From NCBI GenBank assembly GCA_030390025.1, contig JASTWF010000335.1, positions 186,001 to 250,000 on the forward strand: DNA of 64,000 bases, read 5' to 3'. Position 1 is the first letter of the stretch. Each line of letters begins with the position of its first letter. The notes below the pieces were generated by a model. It was not told the origin of the DNA and searched no databases. It was given only the letters and a program-made list of their open reading frames with translations. Both the position numbers and the translations under genes were made by a program. Shown piece by piece: positions 61,137 through 64,000 of the stretch. Origin of the DNA: Squalus acanthias (Eukaryota).

Positions 61137-61970
61137 GAATAAGGTGCAATATAACGTGGATAAATGCGAGGTTATCCACTTTGGTGTCAAAAACAGGAAG
61201 GCAGATTATTATCTGAATGGCAATAGATTGGGAGAAGGGGAAGTGCAACGAGACCTGGGAGTCCTTGTGCACCAGTCGTTGAAGGTAAGCATGCAGGTGC
61301 AGCAGGCGGTGAAGAAGGCAAATGGTATGTTGGCCTTCGTAGTGAAAGGGTTCGAGTACAGGAACAAGGATGTCTTGCTGCAGTTGTACAGGGCCTTGGT
61401 GAGACCACACCTTGAGTATTGTGTGCAGTTTTGGTCGCCTTATCTGAGGAAGGATGTTCTTGCCATGGAGGGAGTGCAGCGAAGATTCACCAGGCTGATA
61501 CCTGGGATGGCAGGAATGACGTATGAGGAGAGATTGGGTCGATTGGGCTTATACTCGCTGGAGTTTAGAAGAATGAGAGGGGATCTCACTGAAACTTATA
61601 AAATTCTAACAGGACTAGACAGACTGGATGCAGGAAGGATGTTCCCGATGGCTGGGGAGTCCAGAACCAGGGGTCACAGTCTAAGGATAAGGGGTAAGCC
61701 ATTTAGGACAGAGATGAGGAGGAATTTCTTCACCCAGAGAGTGGTGAACCTGTGGAATTCTCTACCACAGGGGGTAGTTGAGGCCAAGTCATTAAATATA
61801 TTCAAGAAGGAGTTAGATATATTTCTTAAAGCTAAAGGGATCAAGGGATATGGTGAGAAAGCAGGGACAGGGTACTGAGTTTGGATGATCAGCCATGATC
61901 TCATCGAATGGCGGAACAGGCTCGAGGGGCTGAATGGCCTAATCCTGCTCCTATCTTCTATGTTTCTATG
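61137..61970 (+). mobile_element. Nested 5'-truncated CR1
   Basis: 8-bp TSD TAAAAGAG (61129-61136 / 61971-61978); open ORF2 C-terminus. Confidence 0.92.
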
Positions 61971-62241
61971 TAAAAGAGTGTGTTGGATAGTACTAGAGAA
62001 GAAAGTAGTACTAGAGGCGGAAGTAGTACCATATTAGATAGGAGCAGACTAAGAAAGACTACAAAAAATTCAAAAATGGGTTTAGAATGCATGTACGTAA
62101 ACGCACAAAGTGTGGTGAATAAGGTTGGTGAGCTACAAGCACAATTATCCGTGTGGCAATATGATGTTGTGGCAATAACGGAAACGTGGCTTCAAAACAG
62201 TGGGGACTGGGCACTTAATATTCAAGGGTACAAGGTGTTCA

Positions 62242-62538
62242 CAGAATCACCACAGTGCAGATAGAGGCCATTTCGGCCCATCGAGCCTGCACCGACACAT
62301 ATCCCACCCTATCCCCGTAACCCCACGTATTTAATCCCCCTAACACTAAGGGTCAATTTATCATAGCCAAATCAACCTAACCCGCACATCTTTGGACTGT
62401 GGGAGGAAACCGGAGCACCCGGAGGAAACCCACGCAGACACGGGGAGAATGTGCAAACTCCACACAGACAGTCACCCGAGGCCGGATTCGAACCCGGGTC
62501 CCTGGCGCTGTGAGGCAACAGTGCTAACCACTATGCCC
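62242..62538 (-). mobile_element. HE1-like (V-SINE) tRNA-derived SINE
   Basis: TSD GTGTTCA; A/B boxes (GGTTCGAATCC); V-domain-like tgcgtgggtttcctccgggtgctccggtttcctcc; CR1-type tail. Confidence 0.88.
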
Positions 62539-64000
62539 GTGTTCAGAAAAGATAGGGAAGAAAAAAGGGAGGTGGGGTGGCAGTGCTGATTAAGGAAGAC
62601 ATTGTAGTGTTGGAAAGGGAGGATGTTCTTGAGGGGACAAGGACAGAATCCATTTGGTTAGAGTTGAGGTATTCTATAGGCCTCCAAATAGTGAGAGGGA
62701 GGTAGAGGAGCAAATCTGCAGGGAAATCGCAGAGATATGCAAGAGCAATAGAGTGGTGATATTGGGGGACTATAATTACCCAAATATCGATTGAGATAAT
62801 GCTCGGGTAAAGGGAAAGAAGGGGGAGGAATTCTGAAATGTGTTCAGGAGAATTTCCTTGACCAGTTTGTTCTTGGCCCAACTCGGAAGGAGGCATTGCT
62901 GGATCTGGTGCTGGAGAATGAGGTGGGCCAGGTCGACCAAGTGTCTGTGGGAGAACACTTGGGTACGAGTGATCATCGTATCATAAGATTTAGATTAGCG
63001 ATGGAGAGGAGCAAGGAACAATCTTGAGTGGAACTTCTAAACTGGAATAGGGCTAACTTCAATGGGATGCAAAAGGATCTAGCCAGGGTAAAATGGAACC
63101 AAAGACTGACTTTAAAAACTGTAACGGAACAATGGGTGACCTTTGAGGAGGAGATGTTCCAAGTACAGGCTAGGTACATTCCAACAACAGGGAAGGTTAA
63201 GGGAACCAAAGCAAGGGCTCCATGGATGACGAGGGAGATAGAGAAGATGATGAAACAAAAAAAAGAGGGTGTATGATGCAGGTCAGGTGAATTCTTCAAG
63301 GGAGAACCCGACCAAATACAGTAAGTTGAGAGGGGAAGTGAAGATGAAAATAAGATTGGCAAAGAGAGAATATGAGAGTAGAATGGCGGCTAACATAAAA
63401 GGGAACCCAAAAATCTTCTACTGGCATGTAAACAGTAAGCGGGTAGTAAGAGGCAGGGTGGGGCCGATTAGGGACAAAGAAGGTGATATATGCTTAGAGG
63501 CGCAGGGCAAGGCTAGAATACTCAATGAGTACTTTGTATCGGTGTTTACTAAGGAGGTGGATGCTGACAAAATATCGGTCGAAATGGAAAAGGTAGAAGC
63601 AATGGAAGGGGTGAAAATTGATAGACAGGATGTACTACAAAGGCTGGGTATGCTTAGAGTGGATAAGTCACCTGATCCAGATGGCTTGCATCCCAGGTTG
63701 CAAAGGGAATTGGGGGAGGAGATAGCGGAAGGGCTTGCCATAATTTTCCAATCTTCCCTAGATGCGGGGGAGGTGCCCGAGGATTGGAAAGTGGCAAATG
63801 TGACACCATTGTTCAAGAAAGGGTGTAAGGACATTCCTAGTAATTACAGTTTAACATCAGTGGTGGGTAAAGTTTTAGAGACAATAATCAAGAAAAAAAT
63901 GAACAGGACTTGGAGAGGTTTAAGGTAATTAAGGATAGTCAGCACGGATTTGTAAAAGGCAGATCGTGTTTGACTAATCTAATTGAATTTTTTGATGAAG

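Larger units (their letters stand above)
60443..64000 (+). mobile_element. Long degenerate CR1: ORF1 SGNH/GDSL esterase fragment, then ORF2 APE and start of RT, running off the window
   Basis: IVIGDSLVRG, CCLPGA, IGTNDIG and DRLHLN motifs; ITETWL; interrupted by a CR1 and a SINE. Confidence 0.92.

Noticed and set aside
62470..62538. tRNA gene
   Set aside because: tRNA-like head of a TSD-flanked SINE; same for the heads at about 23760 and 39905.

Overview
Repeat-saturated eukaryotic genomic DNA, most likely from a cartilaginous fish (inferred from HE1-like and SacSINE1/DeuSINE-like SINEs plus abundant CR1/HER1-type LINEs), with two 200-N scaffold gaps. No single predicted ORF is a complete host gene. 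Reading splice sites by hand gives a minus-strand MS4A (CD20-like tetraspan) gene: five coding exons with phase-0 junctions from 59522 to 39724 (158 aa), a probable terminal exon and 3' UTR at about 26569-24875, and a second, orphan MS4A-type TM4 exon at 16225-16100. The rest is nested CR1, L2, RTE and Penelope-like retroelements, PIF/Harbinger-type MITEs, a 2.7-kb palindrome built from two Harbinger transposase 5' halves, and minisatellites, several clearly amplified from short pieces of SINEs or LINEs. The most notable non-coding signal is a set of short, TSD-flanked Penelope-related insertions carrying minimal type-I hammerhead ribozyme motifs from two families. All family assignments are from recalled motifs, not database searches.
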